Positions 47,607-56,461 of a DNA stretch of 64,000 nucleotides are shown here, piece after piece. Position 1 is the stretch's first letter, and every line of letters begins with the position of its first letter. A model generated the notes under the pieces. That model was not told the origin of the DNA. It made no database searches and saw only the letters and a program-made list of their open reading frames with translations. The DNA is taken from assembly GCA_022601635.1 (NCBI GenBank), contig JAJACG010000022.1, positions 5,790 through 69,789 of the forward strand. The letters are read 5' to 3'. Both the position numbers and the translations under genes were made by a program. Source of the stretch: Chlamydiales bacterium (GTDB lineage: Bacteria; Chlamydiota; Chlamydiia; Chlamydiales; JAAKFR01).

Positions 47607-48898
47607 GAACTATTGAGTTCAGCAGCAATTTCTCCCGCAACAGCATGTAGATATACACCCATCTGAGCTGCCAAAAGAGGCTCATGCATGTGTGCAAGCA
47701 ATGCAGCAATCACCCCGGTTAATACATCACCAGATCCAGCTGTTGCCATACCGGGATCGCCCCTTGCCATGATAAAACGCTTCTGATTAGGGACAAAAAT
47801 TTGAGTGGGAGCGCCTTTCAATACCACATAGACATCATGCTCATCAGCAAACTGCTGCACACTTTGCCCCTCGGATAGAAGTCGCTTCATCTCTCCCGTA
47901 TGCGGCGTCAAAATGCTTTTTGGCTGAATAGAGAGTTGATGCTTGGCAATCAGTGTGAGAGCTTCCGCATCGATCACCATAGGCACAGTTGCAGCTAACA
48001 GCTCTTTCAGTAGCTCAACTCTTTCAAGGCCAAAGCCTGGACCAATGAATAGCGCAGAAGCTTTTTTCAGCGCTTCAAAAATTGGGGCCGAATCTGTAAA
48101 GCCGCAACGGATAATTTCAGGTGGAGCAGAGACCAGTTCAGCTTCCATTCCCTTTGGATGAAAGAGGCGTACAATGCCAGCACCTGCGCGCAAGGCTGCA
48201 AAGGCGCTTAAAATAGCAGCACCTGGCATCCCAGGTGAGCCAGCTACAGCGACAACGTAGCCCGCCTCATATTTGTGCTGTGTCCGTTTCAGTGGAGGCA
48301 AAGCAACTTTTTCAATTAAGGTAGCCTCCTCCTCTGCTTGATCAATGAATTCTTGCGGTAGACCAAAGTCATGGACACTTAAAATGCCAGCCTCTTCCCA
48401 CCTTTCAAAAATAACAGTTTTGGGAAGACCGAGGCAGAGTGTTTCCGTAGCAACTATTCCAGGTGATGCGATATCAATGGCAAAAATAGGAAGCTCAGAT
48501 CTCGTAGCCTTATCGATCACACTTTTATAGGGACCGTTGGGGGTTCCATGGAAGCCTGTTCCAAAGAGGGCGTCAATGATGATTCCCTCATCAAAAGTAG
48601 CCTCTTCTAGTGGATGAGTTTTACCCCATCTCTTCTTTTTACAAAGAGCGCTTTTTGGCTCTGCAACATGAAGAGTGACATCATAGCCAGCCTTGTCCAA
48701 GATTTTTGCAGCAACATAGCCATCACCGCCATTGTTACCACAGCCGATGAGAAAAGTTAGTTTTGGCTTTCCAGGAAGTTGCTCGATTGCAGAGGCGACA
48801 GCAGCACCCGCAGCATCCATAAAACTCTCTTCTTTGCAGCCGCTTGCATAAGCAAGCTGCTCAATACGCGCCATCTCTTTGGGGGATACTACCTTCAT
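47543..48898 (-). CDS. nnr: Bifunctional NAD(P)H-hydrate repair enzyme (YjeF_N epimerase plus ADP-dependent dehydratase)
   Basis: I re-called the start as MKVVSPKEMARIE (ATG 48898). The N-domain motif is GCGNNGGDGYVAA and the C-domain motif is TAGSGDVLTGVIAALLA. Confidence 0.85.
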   Translation of the reverse strand: MKVVSPKEMARIEQLAYASGCKEESFMDAAGAAVASAIEQLPGKPKLTFLIGCGNNGGDGYVAAKILDKAGYDVTLHVAEPKSALCKKKRWGKTHPLEEATFDEGIIIDALFGTGFHGTPNGPYKSVIDKATRSELPIFAIDIASPGIVATETLCLGLPKTVIFERWEEAGILSVHDFGLPQEFIDQAEEEATLIEKVALPPLKRTQHKYEAGYVVAVAGSPGMPGAAILSAFAALRAGAGIVRLFHPKGMEAELVSAPPEIIRCGFTDSAPIFEALKKASALFIGPGFGLERVELLKELLAATVPMVIDAEALTLIAKHQLSIQPKSILTPHTGEMKRLLSEGQSVQQFADEHDVYVVLKGAPTQIFVPNQKRFIMARGDPGMATAGSGDVLTGVIAALLAHMHEPLLAAQMGVYLHAVAGEIAAELNSSYCVVASDITEALPDAYLLCH

Positions 48899-48900
48899 CA

Positions 48901-49758
48901 CTATGTCCTTCCCAAGGCATACGCCGTGCGTGAGACAAAATGCCAAAAGGGATCCATACTACGGCGTAAAGAGCTAGCGTAGCCACTTTCAAATTTCTCA
49001 ACTTCTGAGAATGGAATTCCAAAGAGATCTGTTAGCTCGCTCTGATAGCCTGGCTGTACCTGCTGCAAACTTCTGCCATCGTAGACGACATAATCCAACT
49101 TCTGAAGCTGGCGAACTGTTGAGACCTCTTCTCCATCCATAGAGCGGTATTCCATAATCACAAGTGGTTTACACTGTTTCAAACACTTTGTAGCACCTTC
49201 AATAACCGCGTGTTCATGCCCTTCAACATCGATCTTAAAAAGAGAACATTCTTCTAAACCCAGATCGTCAACACATTTGGTTTTAACTTCTACCTGAGTC
49301 TGATTGGTAAAGAAATCGCTATGTGCATTGGCCATTGACTGCTCAACAGTTGCGCACTCTGCAAAATCTTCATCGGGGTTTACCAACAATGAAACTATTT
49401 GATCTGACTGATTGGAAAGCGCAGCATGAATTAACTCTATTTGTGGCAAAGAATCGAGTATCTTTGACGTTTCCTTGTAGATGACTGGATGCGCTTCAAA
49501 GGCAAAAATTCTGCCCTTGTTGCCCACAAGTGAGGCGTAGTATTTAGAGTATTTACCGAGGTGTGCTCCAGCATCAATAATGGTCTGCCCCGGTTTGACA
49601 AAAGTTGCAGCAAGCAGTTTCTTATGCAGATCTAGAGTCTCATTTCGTAGCGGTGAAAACATCTTTTGTTGCACCACTTTACGAAGATAAGCATCTTGCA
49701 ACTTAGTTGACCAAAGCTTTGAAAATAGCCACGCAACTGGAAAAATTGCTCCGTTCAA
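48901..49758 (-). CDS. FkbM-family methyltransferase
   Basis: The segments IIDAGAHLGKYSKYYASLVGNKGRIFAFEAHP and LFKIDVEGHEHAVIEGA match the FkbM layout. Confidence 0.7.
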   Translation of the reverse strand: MNGAIFPVAWLFSKLWSTKLQDAYLRKVVQQKMFSPLRNETLDLHKKLLAATFVKPGQTIIDAGAHLGKYSKYYASLVGNKGRIFAFEAHPVIYKETSKILDSLPQIELIHAALSNQSDQIVSLLVNPDEDFAECATVEQSMANAHSDFFTNQTQVEVKTKCVDDLGLEECSLFKIDVEGHEHAVIEGATKCLKQCKPLVIMEYRSMDGEEVSTVRQLQKLDYVVYDGRSLQQVQPGYQSELTDLFGIPFSEVEKFESGYASSLRRSMDPFWHFVSRTAYALGRT

Positions 49759-50726
49759 TTAATGGTCCCTCCCTCAAATGGCTCTTGGTAGATCCTAGGA
49801 ACTATATGCACAGTCTGGACTGAATCTAAATTTTTTACAACAGGGGTCGCCTCAATTTCATAAGCATAGGCGCCCTCTTTGAGGGGTAACACTTGCGACA
49901 CTTCCGCTACTCTAAGTCCAGCAGGAAAAAAGCCATCCAAACCTGTTGTGACCAAAAGATCGTGTGCTTGCAAAATGGGAGGCTCTGATTGTAGGGGTCT
50001 CGCTAGTCCCTCATCATCAGCAAAGTCATAGTTGAAGCCGATTCCACGAAGAACATGACTACGACTACGCCAAAGAGGGGATCCACCGCCTTCTAAAATG
50101 CCCTTAGCCAGAAACCAACTCTCTCTCTCTAGGTCTAAATTTCTCTGCAAACTTTCAAGCTCAGCAATTAATTCTAGCTGCTTCAATTCTTCTAGGGGAA
50201 GGTCTACTCTTCCTTGTAGGTGACGCAAGACGGCCACTACATGTTCACACAGCTGCGCATTTTGCAAAGCGCCCCGTACAGCACGTACAGAGGGTTTCAA
50301 ACCTACATCTGTGATAAGACGTACGCGTGACTGCTTCTTACCTACATGATCCACTAGACCAATCAATGCATCCCCAACAAGAACCGGACTATTAACTGCG
50401 ATTTTGTCTTCCCCTGCATCAACCCAAAATACACTGCCCCAGCTATGTGGATTGCGATAGATTACATGTGCAATCACTACATCTGGGAAAGAGGAATGGG
50501 CACGACTTTCAACTTTGAGCTGAGCTAGCTCCATCTTCAAGAGGTAGTTCTGTGCCTCTAGTTTTTTAGTCTCGGCAGCCTGTTTGGTAGCTGCTGAACG
50601 CAAAAAGGGAAAGGCTAGAGCCACAACTTTGCACCTTAGCTTTTCCACCATCAGAGTGGGTAGGCTGACTAGAGCAAAGAGTGTAGCTGCTAAAACTAGA
50701 TATTTTTTGTAGGACTTCCTACGCAT
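49755..50726 (-). CDS. mreC: Rod-shape/division protein MreC
   Basis: 323 aa with an N-terminal TM and a coiled segment (LEAQNYLLKMELAQLK). The beta-rich core contains VLVGDALIGLVDHVGKKQSRVRLITDVGLKPSVRAVR. Confidence 0.75.
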   Translation of the reverse strand: MRRKSYKKYLVLAATLFALVSLPTLMVEKLRCKVVALAFPFLRSAATKQAAETKKLEAQNYLLKMELAQLKVESRAHSSFPDVVIAHVIYRNPHSWGSVFWVDAGEDKIAVNSPVLVGDALIGLVDHVGKKQSRVRLITDVGLKPSVRAVRGALQNAQLCEHVVAVLRHLQGRVDLPLEELKQLELIAELESLQRNLDLERESWFLAKGILEGGGSPLWRSRSHVLRGIGFNYDFADDEGLARPLQSEPPILQAHDLLVTTGLDGFFPAGLRVAEVSQVLPLKEGAYAYEIEATPVVKNLDSVQTVHIVPRIYQEPFEGGTIN

Positions 50727-50730
50727 GAAT

Positions 50731-50793
50731 ACTCAAAATCGCTTTTGTGACATATCCTACATTTTTGGAATTTAAACCAGCTACATATATCCG
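50731..50793. repeat. 63-bp direct repeat, copy 1 (non-coding relic of the aminotransferase 3' end)
   Basis: ACTCAAAATCGCTTTTGTGACATATCCTACATTTTTGGAATTTAAACCAGCTACATATATCCG matches 52106-52168 at 59/63 positions. Read on the minus strand it continues ...KAILSIHA*, whose stop (50719-50721) overlaps the mreC ATG (ATGCGTAG). Confidence 0.9.
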
Positions 50794-50801
50794 TACGTGT
50801 G

Positions 50802-50829
50802 TTGACAAAAAAAACCTTATCTTTATAAG
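50802..50829 (+). promoter_or_regulatory. Sigma-70/sigma-66-like promoter candidate for paralog copy C
   Basis: TTGACA (50802-50807), a 16-nt spacer, then TATAAG (50824-50829), about 25 nt upstream of the TTG start at 50855. A similar TTGACTAAAAA lies upstream of copy B (34636). This is a sequence match only. Confidence 0.35.
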
Positions 50830-50854
50830 AGCGTTTTAAAATAAGGGCACTCGA

Positions 50855-52105
50855 TTGAAAATACGTTCATTTTTACAGGATAGTGAGTCTCTAAAAACCT
50901 TGGATCGACGCCTCAAACTGTTTTCTGACTGTATTTTCTCTCCCATTGCTCTGCTGTTACGGCTACTTCGGATCCGAGTATTGGTTATAGATAATGGAAG
51001 CATTGGTCATCTCTCTTTTGAACCTTATATGTATTTAAAACATCAAGCTCTAGAAAACAATAGAGTGCTTACCATCCTAATGCCGTACGTTTCTATACTT
51101 ACACTATTTAAACATATCCATTCCGGAAATCCAATCATTGCAAACAAGCCTTTGTTTGATCTATGGAAGAGAGACTTCTTTACTATCAGAAACCCTATGC
51201 TTTGCCTCCTTCTTACCCCTATATTGCACCACCCCTTTCTTCAAAAAGATGGGAAGATCTACCAAACACTTCCTCTCCCAGGCTATTTCGTTGACATTCA
51301 TTATGGGATTCTTACTAAAAAGTTCCGAGAGAGATTTGGTGAAACGGCACTGACATTTAAGCTCAGTTCGAATCAGCAACAACAGGGCAAGAAACTCCTA
51401 TGCAATCTGGGACTCCCTCCAAATGCAAAATATATCTGCTTCTATACTCGAGAGCCTGGTTATAAAAACCTAAGTTACAATCCATTGCGAAATGGAAATA
51501 TTCTTGATTTCAAAAAATCTTTGGACTACTTGACTGAACAAGGCTATTTCTGTATCCGTACCGGAGATCCAAATACTCGCCCCCTTCCAAAGAGTTGGGA
51601 AAAAAATCCAATGATTCTCGATTACCCTCATCTAGGCCATAGCTCCCCATTCAACGATCTATTCTTACTATCAAGCTGCTCATTCTTTATCGGTTGTAAT
51701 TCCGGAATTATATTAACCTGTGACCTTTTCAATGTCCCCAAGATTTTAATCAATTCTATCCCATTTGGATATCTCCCGCTTCTTCCTGGAGATCGTGCAA
51801 TTTTCAAGAAAATGAAGCGCGCCAGTACAGGGGAATACCTCCCGTTTAGTGAGGCTATGAGAAGCTGTACTGTTTTAGAAATCCATAACCCAGTAATCTA
51901 CAAAGCATTTGACATAGAAGTAATTGATAACACTGAAGATGAGATTTTTGATGCAGTAAAAGAGATGCTAGATCCGCCAAATTGCAAGGAAAGCAAAGTT
52001 CGACAAGAGAAGTTCCGTAAGCTATACCACCCACTTCACCCATTTGAAAATGTTCCATCAACGGTTTGCGACTCATTTCTCAAGAAGTATGAACACTTAC
52101 TTTAA
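50855..52105 (+). CDS. Putative glycosyltransferase, paralog family copy C
   Basis: 416 aa with a TTG start. It is colinear with copies A and B but more diverged: SIGHLSFEPY, YICFYTREPGY, GYFCIRTG, ILDYPHLGHSSPFNDLFLLSSCSFFIGCNSGIILTCDLFNVPKILINSIPFG, and the C-terminal FLKKYEHLL. Confidence 0.55.
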   Translation: MKIRSFLQDSESLKTLDRRLKLFSDCIFSPIALLLRLLRIRVLVIDNGSIGHLSFEPYMYLKHQALENNRVLTILMPYVSILTLFKHIHSGNPIIANKPLFDLWKRDFFTIRNPMLCLLLTPILHHPFLQKDGKIYQTLPLPGYFVDIHYGILTKKFRERFGETALTFKLSSNQQQQGKKLLCNLGLPPNAKYICFYTREPGYKNLSYNPLRNGNILDFKKSLDYLTEQGYFCIRTGDPNTRPLPKSWEKNPMILDYPHLGHSSPFNDLFLLSSCSFFIGCNSGIILTCDLFNVPKILINSIPFGYLPLLPGDRAIFKKMKRASTGEYLPFSEAMRSCTVLEIHNPVIYKAFDIEVIDNTEDEIFDAVKEMLDPPNCKESKVRQEKFRKLYHPLHPFENVPSTVCDSFLKKYEHLL

Positions 52106-53218
52106 ACTCAAAATCGCTTTTGAGACATACCCAACATTTTTGGAATTTAAACCAGCTACATTTATCCGCCCATCTTCAGTCATATAAATTCCATACTCAC
52201 TGCGAAGACGCAAAACCTGCTCTCGACTCAGCCTCGTATAAGAAAACATCCCGCGCTGATCAAGTAAGAATTCAAAACCGGGGAGCTGAGCCGCAAGCTG
52301 AGCCCTCATCCACACAATACGCTGCCTCATAGCTGCCAGCTCTATTAGCCACTGATCTTTCAGATCTGGATGAGATAAGATATGTGCTACTATCGATGCA
52401 CCATGCGAAGGTGGATTAGAATAGATTCCGCGTACAAGCCTGCGCAGCTGTGACTCCAGCCGCTTGACACCACTATGTCTCACAAATAAGGCCCCTGTTC
52501 GTTCACGATAGAGACCAAAAATCTTAGAATGAGAAATAGCCAACATAAAGGGATGGGAACTTTCAGCAAAGTAACGCACAGCATAGGCGTCCTCTTCAAC
52601 ACCCAAACCAAATCCCTGATAAGCCATATCAAATAGAGGGAGCAGATTTTTCCGCTTTACTATTTCTGCTATTGCCTCCCACTGCTCTTTTGTATAGTCA
52701 CAACCCGTTGGATTATGGCAGCAGGGCTGCAGTAAGACAACGCTATTTGGGCTCATCGATTCAAAGGGCATAGGCCCAGCAAAGTGATCGAAGCTCTCTA
52801 TCTCCATCCCACCAGAAGAAAAAATATGGTGGTGGTTACCCCAAGTTGGATTGCCAATATAGAGCTTTGTATGGCCAGCACGCACAAGAAGCTCCGCTGC
52901 TAATCGCAGCGCTCCTGTACCACCAACTGTCTGAGCCCCAATAAGGTCATCTAGGTTCGAAGCAAAAACTAGCTGTGCTGTCGACTTGATGTAGTCAGCA
53001 AGTCCCAATATTGGCAGATAGTCCTTGCTATGCTCTTTTTCAAATAGTTCCCTCTCTGCTTGCTTGACACTGGGTAAGATATAGGGCTTTAACTCCTCTG
53101 TCTTGTAGGTGCCAATCGAAAGGTTCACCTTATGCTCGCTGCGTTCTATCTCAAAAGCGCGTTGCACCCCAAAGAGAGAATCGGGCGGAAGTGTCTCTAA
53201 AGATTCAAAAAATTCCAT
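52097..53218 (-). CDS. Aspartate/aromatic amino acid aminotransferase (class I)
   Basis: The PLP-lysine context is ISHSKIFGLYRERTGAL. Other class I blocks are NPTGCDY, NLSIGTYK, and the C-terminal GRINVAGLNSKNV. The probable start is MEFFESLE (53218). Its last 9 nt lie within the 3' end of paralog copy C. Confidence 0.85.
   Translation of the reverse strand: MEFFESLETLPPDSLFGVQRAFEIERSEHKVNLSIGTYKTEELKPYILPSVKQAERELFEKEHSKDYLPILGLADYIKSTAQLVFASNLDDLIGAQTVGGTGALRLAAELLVRAGHTKLYIGNPTWGNHHHIFSSGGMEIESFDHFAGPMPFESMSPNSVVLLQPCCHNPTGCDYTKEQWEAIAEIVKRKNLLPLFDMAYQGFGLGVEEDAYAVRYFAESSHPFMLAISHSKIFGLYRERTGALFVRHSGVKRLESQLRRLVRGIYSNPPSHGASIVAHILSHPDLKDQWLIELAAMRQRIVWMRAQLAAQLPGFEFLLDQRGMFSYTRLSREQVLRLRSEYGIYMTEDGRINVAGLNSKNVGYVSKAILSLK
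52106..52168. repeat. 63-bp direct repeat, copy 2 (functional 3' end of the aminotransferase CDS)
   Basis: It matches 50731-50793 at 59/63 positions and starts immediately after the stop codon of paralog copy C. Confidence 0.9.
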
Positions 53219-53273
53219 AATAGCTAACAATTCTAGCAGAAAAAGCGCTTTGCTGTTACATTTTTCTCCCCTT

Positions 53274-53346
53274 GGGGCGTTAGCTCAGTTGGTAGAGCGC
53301 AACAATGGCATTGTTGAGGTCAACGGTTCGACTCCGTTACGCTCCA
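53274..53346 (+). tRNA. tRNA-Ala (anticodon GGC)
   Basis: Hand-folded cloverleaf: acceptor GGGGCGT/ACGCTCC with the G3:U70 alanine identity pair, D arm GCTC-AGTTGGTA-GAGC, anticodon arm CAACA-ATGGCAT-TGTTG, T arm AACGG-TTCGACT-CCGTT. No CCA is encoded. It lies inside spurious track ORF 53109..53363. Confidence 0.9.
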
Positions 53347-53378
53347 AATTAAATAGAAAGTAGTGTATAATTAGTCAT

Positions 53379-54599
53379 ATGAGACGTTTTCTAGGACCTA
53401 TACTACTTTTTTCTTCAATCATTCTCGGCATCCTCACCGGATGGCTGCACATGCCCCTTCTCGACCAAGGTGCCACTGTTGTATCAGAACTTTTTTTAAG
53501 AGTCCTAAAACTCATCAGCCTACCCCTCATCTTCCTCGCCGTCACTTCCACCATCAGCGGCATGAAAAGCTTCTCCGAAATCCGCAATATGGGCACTCGC
53601 GTCTTACTCTACACCCTCAGTACCACCATAATCGCTGCCTCAACCGCCCTGTTACTCTTTGTCCTCATCAAACCAACCGCCTCTGCGCAACTGATCGATC
53701 CAAATTTTTCCTTGCCAGACATGGCGCAGCACTCCTACCTCTCCTTTGTCCTTAATATCATCCCATCCAACGCCATCACCGCCTTCACAGAGGGTAATGT
53801 CATCGGCATCGTCTTTATGGCAATTGGACTCAGTACCTCAATTCTCTTCCTACCAGAGGATAAAAAGAAATTTTTACACACTCTCTTCTCCTCCCTCTTT
53901 TCCGCTCTCCTTAAGCTGACCAGCTTCATCATTAAGTTTATGCCACTCGCTGTATGGGCATTCATTGCCCTATTGGTAAAAGATCTACATCAGCATAATG
54001 GGCACTTCCAAAACCTACTACTCTACCTTGTCTGTGTCGTTGGCGCCAACCTCATCCAAGGAATCATCGTTTTGCCCCTCCTTTTGAAGGCAAAAGGCAT
54101 CTCCCCAATCAAAACATTCAAGGCAATGGGCCCCGCCCTATCTGTCGCCTTCTTCTCAAAGTCATCAGGCGCCGCTCTGCCCATCACCATGCAGACCATA
54201 GAAGAACGCGTCGGCGTCTCCAAGAAGGTCTCTGGCTTCACACTGCCCCTCTGCTCCGTCGTCAATATGAACGCCTGTGCAGCCTTCATCTTGACAACCG
54301 TACTCTTTGTCTCACAACTCTACGGCATGACCTTCACACCGATGCAGCTCATCATGTGGATCTTCTTCGCCACACTCGCCGCTATTGGAAATGCAGGCGT
54401 CCCCATGGGCTGCTTCTTCCTCACTAGCGCCTTTTTAGTCGGTATGAATGTGCCGCTTTACATGATGGGTGTGATCCTCCCATTCTACGCTCTAATCGAC
54501 ATGCTAGAGACTGCACTGAATGTCTGGTCCGATGCCGTGGTCACCACCTCCATCGACAAAGACCTCAAGGTGGCTCAAGTGGCCGAGCAAGAGCTATAA
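53379..54599 (+). CDS. Dicarboxylate/amino acid:cation symporter (DAACS/SLC1 family)
   Basis: 406 aa and highly hydrophobic. The blocks FFSKSSGAALPITMQ, NMNACAAF and ALIDMLETALNVWSD resemble the conserved DAACS hairpin and TM7-8 motifs. Confidence 0.8.
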   Translation: MRRFLGPILLFSSIILGILTGWLHMPLLDQGATVVSELFLRVLKLISLPLIFLAVTSTISGMKSFSEIRNMGTRVLLYTLSTTIIAASTALLLFVLIKPTASAQLIDPNFSLPDMAQHSYLSFVLNIIPSNAITAFTEGNVIGIVFMAIGLSTSILFLPEDKKKFLHTLFSSLFSALLKLTSFIIKFMPLAVWAFIALLVKDLHQHNGHFQNLLLYLVCVVGANLIQGIIVLPLLLKAKGISPIKTFKAMGPALSVAFFSKSSGAALPITMQTIEERVGVSKKVSGFTLPLCSVVNMNACAAFILTTVLFVSQLYGMTFTPMQLIMWIFFATLAAIGNAGVPMGCFFLTSAFLVGMNVPLYMMGVILPFYALIDMLETALNVWSDAVVTTSIDKDLKVAQVAEQEL

Positions 54600-56461
54600 A
54601 ACATCTCAAGACGATCCAGTAGCGCTTTGCTATCTCCAGCAAAGAGCTCAACCGCAGGAAGGCTCTTCAAAAAGGCCTTCCCATATCCCTTCTTTGTCAG
54701 CCGGGGATCGAGACAGACCACAACACCGCGATCCTCACGATGTCTAATCAAACGACCAAAGCCCTGCTTAAACTTCAACATCGCTTGTGGCAACGCCAGA
54801 TGGAAAAAAGCTGAATCACCGCGCTTCTCCACAAGTTCCGCCCTCGCCTGAAAAAGAGGGTCTGTCGGCACACGAAAAGGCAGTTTGACCAAAACCACCT
54901 GCCTCAGCTGGTCCCCCACAACATCAACTCCCTCCCAAAAACTGTCCGTCCCAAACAAAACCGCTCCCTCACTCTTTCTAAATTGATCAAGCAAAACCGT
55001 GCGCGGTTCATCACCCTGACAAAAGAGTGGGTAGGGTAGATCATAAGCAGCTTTACACTCGCGTAGCATTTGATATGAGGTGAAAAGCACAAAGGCACCC
55101 CCCTCAGAAATCAAGAGCGTATCGTGAATCAGTTGTGACACCCTTTCTGTATAGGTTGCCTCACGAGGATCAGGTAGGTCGATAGGTGAAGCGAGAAGAG
55201 CTTGCTTTTCAAAGTCAAAGGGACTCTCATGCAGTGACTCTTTCGCCTCTTCAATACCGAGACGATTTTTCACAAAGCCAAAATTGCCAGCAGCAGAGAG
55301 TGTCGCACTGCATAAGATGACAGTAGAGAGTTTGTCAAAAAGAGCCTCTTTAAGAAGAGGCGCCACCTCAAGCCTCGCCTCCACAACTTGCTGCTTCTCA
55401 ATCCAGCGCACAAATTGCGGGTCAAGATCTGTCAGCATAAAGCTATGAATGACAGCAAATTCTCGCTCCAGCTGCAGACAGATTCCCTGCAGATCAGCAA
55501 TCACACTCTCCTTCTCTTTGCTCTCAATGGCCATCAGTGAGGCTAAAAATGCGCGCGCTCTTTTGGTCAGTTCTTCGCAAAGCGGCTGCCACTTCTCCAG
55601 ATCCTTTAGATCACGGATACGCCTTCTCTCCTCCTTGCCAGCCAGCCTCTCCAACCGCATGAAGAGCTCCTCTGTCATCTCAGCAAGATCGCGCTTTTCC
55701 CCCATCAAGGTGAGCTCATTGGGAAGCTCCAACCGATGGATCCGCGCCATCGCTCGAATCAGTAGCCGTAAAATCGCGGCGCTATTGCTCTTTTTAGCAA
55801 AATACTCAGTCGCTACCTCTTCCGTATGGTGTGCCTCATCAATGATCAAACGGTTAAAAGGCGGCAAAATACAGGGCTGGTCATAGTTATCCGTCTGCTG
55901 CCTAATGTTTAGATCGGCAAAGAGCAGATGGTGGTTGGCAATCACTATTTTAGCATCTTGCGCCCTCTTCCTTGCTTTGAAAAAGAAGCACTCTTTGAAG
56001 TGGGGACAGCGCTGATTAGTGCAACTTTCAGAATCTGCAGCCACATCTAAATTAAAGCGGTATTCACTGCGCGATCCCTCTTTCGTCTTGTTTGCCCACG
56101 CCATCAATGCGTTGGGCCGCTCCTCCAAGTCATGTAGTTTGCGCAAACAGAGGTAGTTGGACATCCCCTTCAATAGGGCAACATCGACCTTGATATCCAG
56201 AGCTTTTAATAGAAGAGGAATGTCTTTATTGAGAAGCTGCTCTTGAAGAGCAATTGTGTGGGTGGCAATCACCGTTGGCTCACCATCCCAGGTAAGTGCA
56301 GCAATCAGGTAGGCCAAGCTCTTGCCAATGCCTGTTCCAGCTTCAACAAGAAGAGTCGTATCTGTTTCATACGCCTCCTTGCAGCTATTGAGCATTGCCT
56401 CCTGCCCCTCTCTTACTTCAAAGTTGGGCAGATGCTCTGCTACTTGATCAAGCTCACTCAT
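54575..56461 (-). CDS. dinG: DinG/Rad3-family ATP-dependent DNA helicase
   Basis: Walker A is [13 protein letters not shown] and the DEAH box is [12 protein letters not shown] Cys cluster (LCLRK...[16 protein letters not shown]) is consistent with a Rad3-type Fe-S domain. I re-called the start as MSELDQV (ATG 56461), overlapping the rpoD stop by 8 nt (ATGAGTGA). Confidence 0.8.
   Translation of the reverse strand: MSELDQVAEHLPNFEVREGQEAMLNSCKEAYETDTTLLVEAGTGIGKSLAYLIAALTWDGEPTVIATHTIALQEQLLNKDIPLLLKALDIKVDVALLKGMSNYLCLRKLHDLEERPNALMAWANKTKEGSRSEYRFNLDVAADSESCTNQRCPHFKECFFFKARKRAQDAKIVIANHHLLFADLNIRQQTDNYDQPCILPPFNRLIIDEAHHTEEVATEYFAKKSNSAAILRLLIRAMARIHRLELPNELTLMGEKRDLAEMTEELFMRLERLAGKEERRRIRDLKDLEKWQPLCEELTKRARAFLASLMAIESKEKESVIADLQGICLQLEREFAVIHSFMLTDLDPQFVRWIEKQQVVEARLEVAPLLKEALFDKLSTVILCSATLSAAGNFGFVKNRLGIEEAKESLHESPFDFEKQALLASPIDLPDPREATYTERVSQLIHDTLLISEGGAFVLFTSYQMLRECKAAYDLPYPLFCQGDEPRTVLLDQFRKSEGAVLFGTDSFWEGVDVVGDQLRQVVLVKLPFRVPTDPLFQARAELVEKRGDSAFFHLALPQAMLKFKQGFGRLIRHREDRGVVVCLDPRLTKKGYGKAFLKSLPAVELFAGDSKALLDRLEMFYSSCSAT

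Noticed and set aside
19304-52168. Calling the glycan island a classical mobile genomic island or integrative element.
   Set aside because: I recognised no integrase, transposase, conjugation gene or island-flanking direct repeats. Neither tRNA gene sits at an island boundary. Only the single-gene cassette at 50794-52105 has a demonstrable insertion footprint.
53109-53363. 84-aa plus-strand ORF.
   Set aside because: It overlaps the aminotransferase 5' end in antisense and contains the whole tRNA-Ala gene, so it is an ORF-caller artefact.
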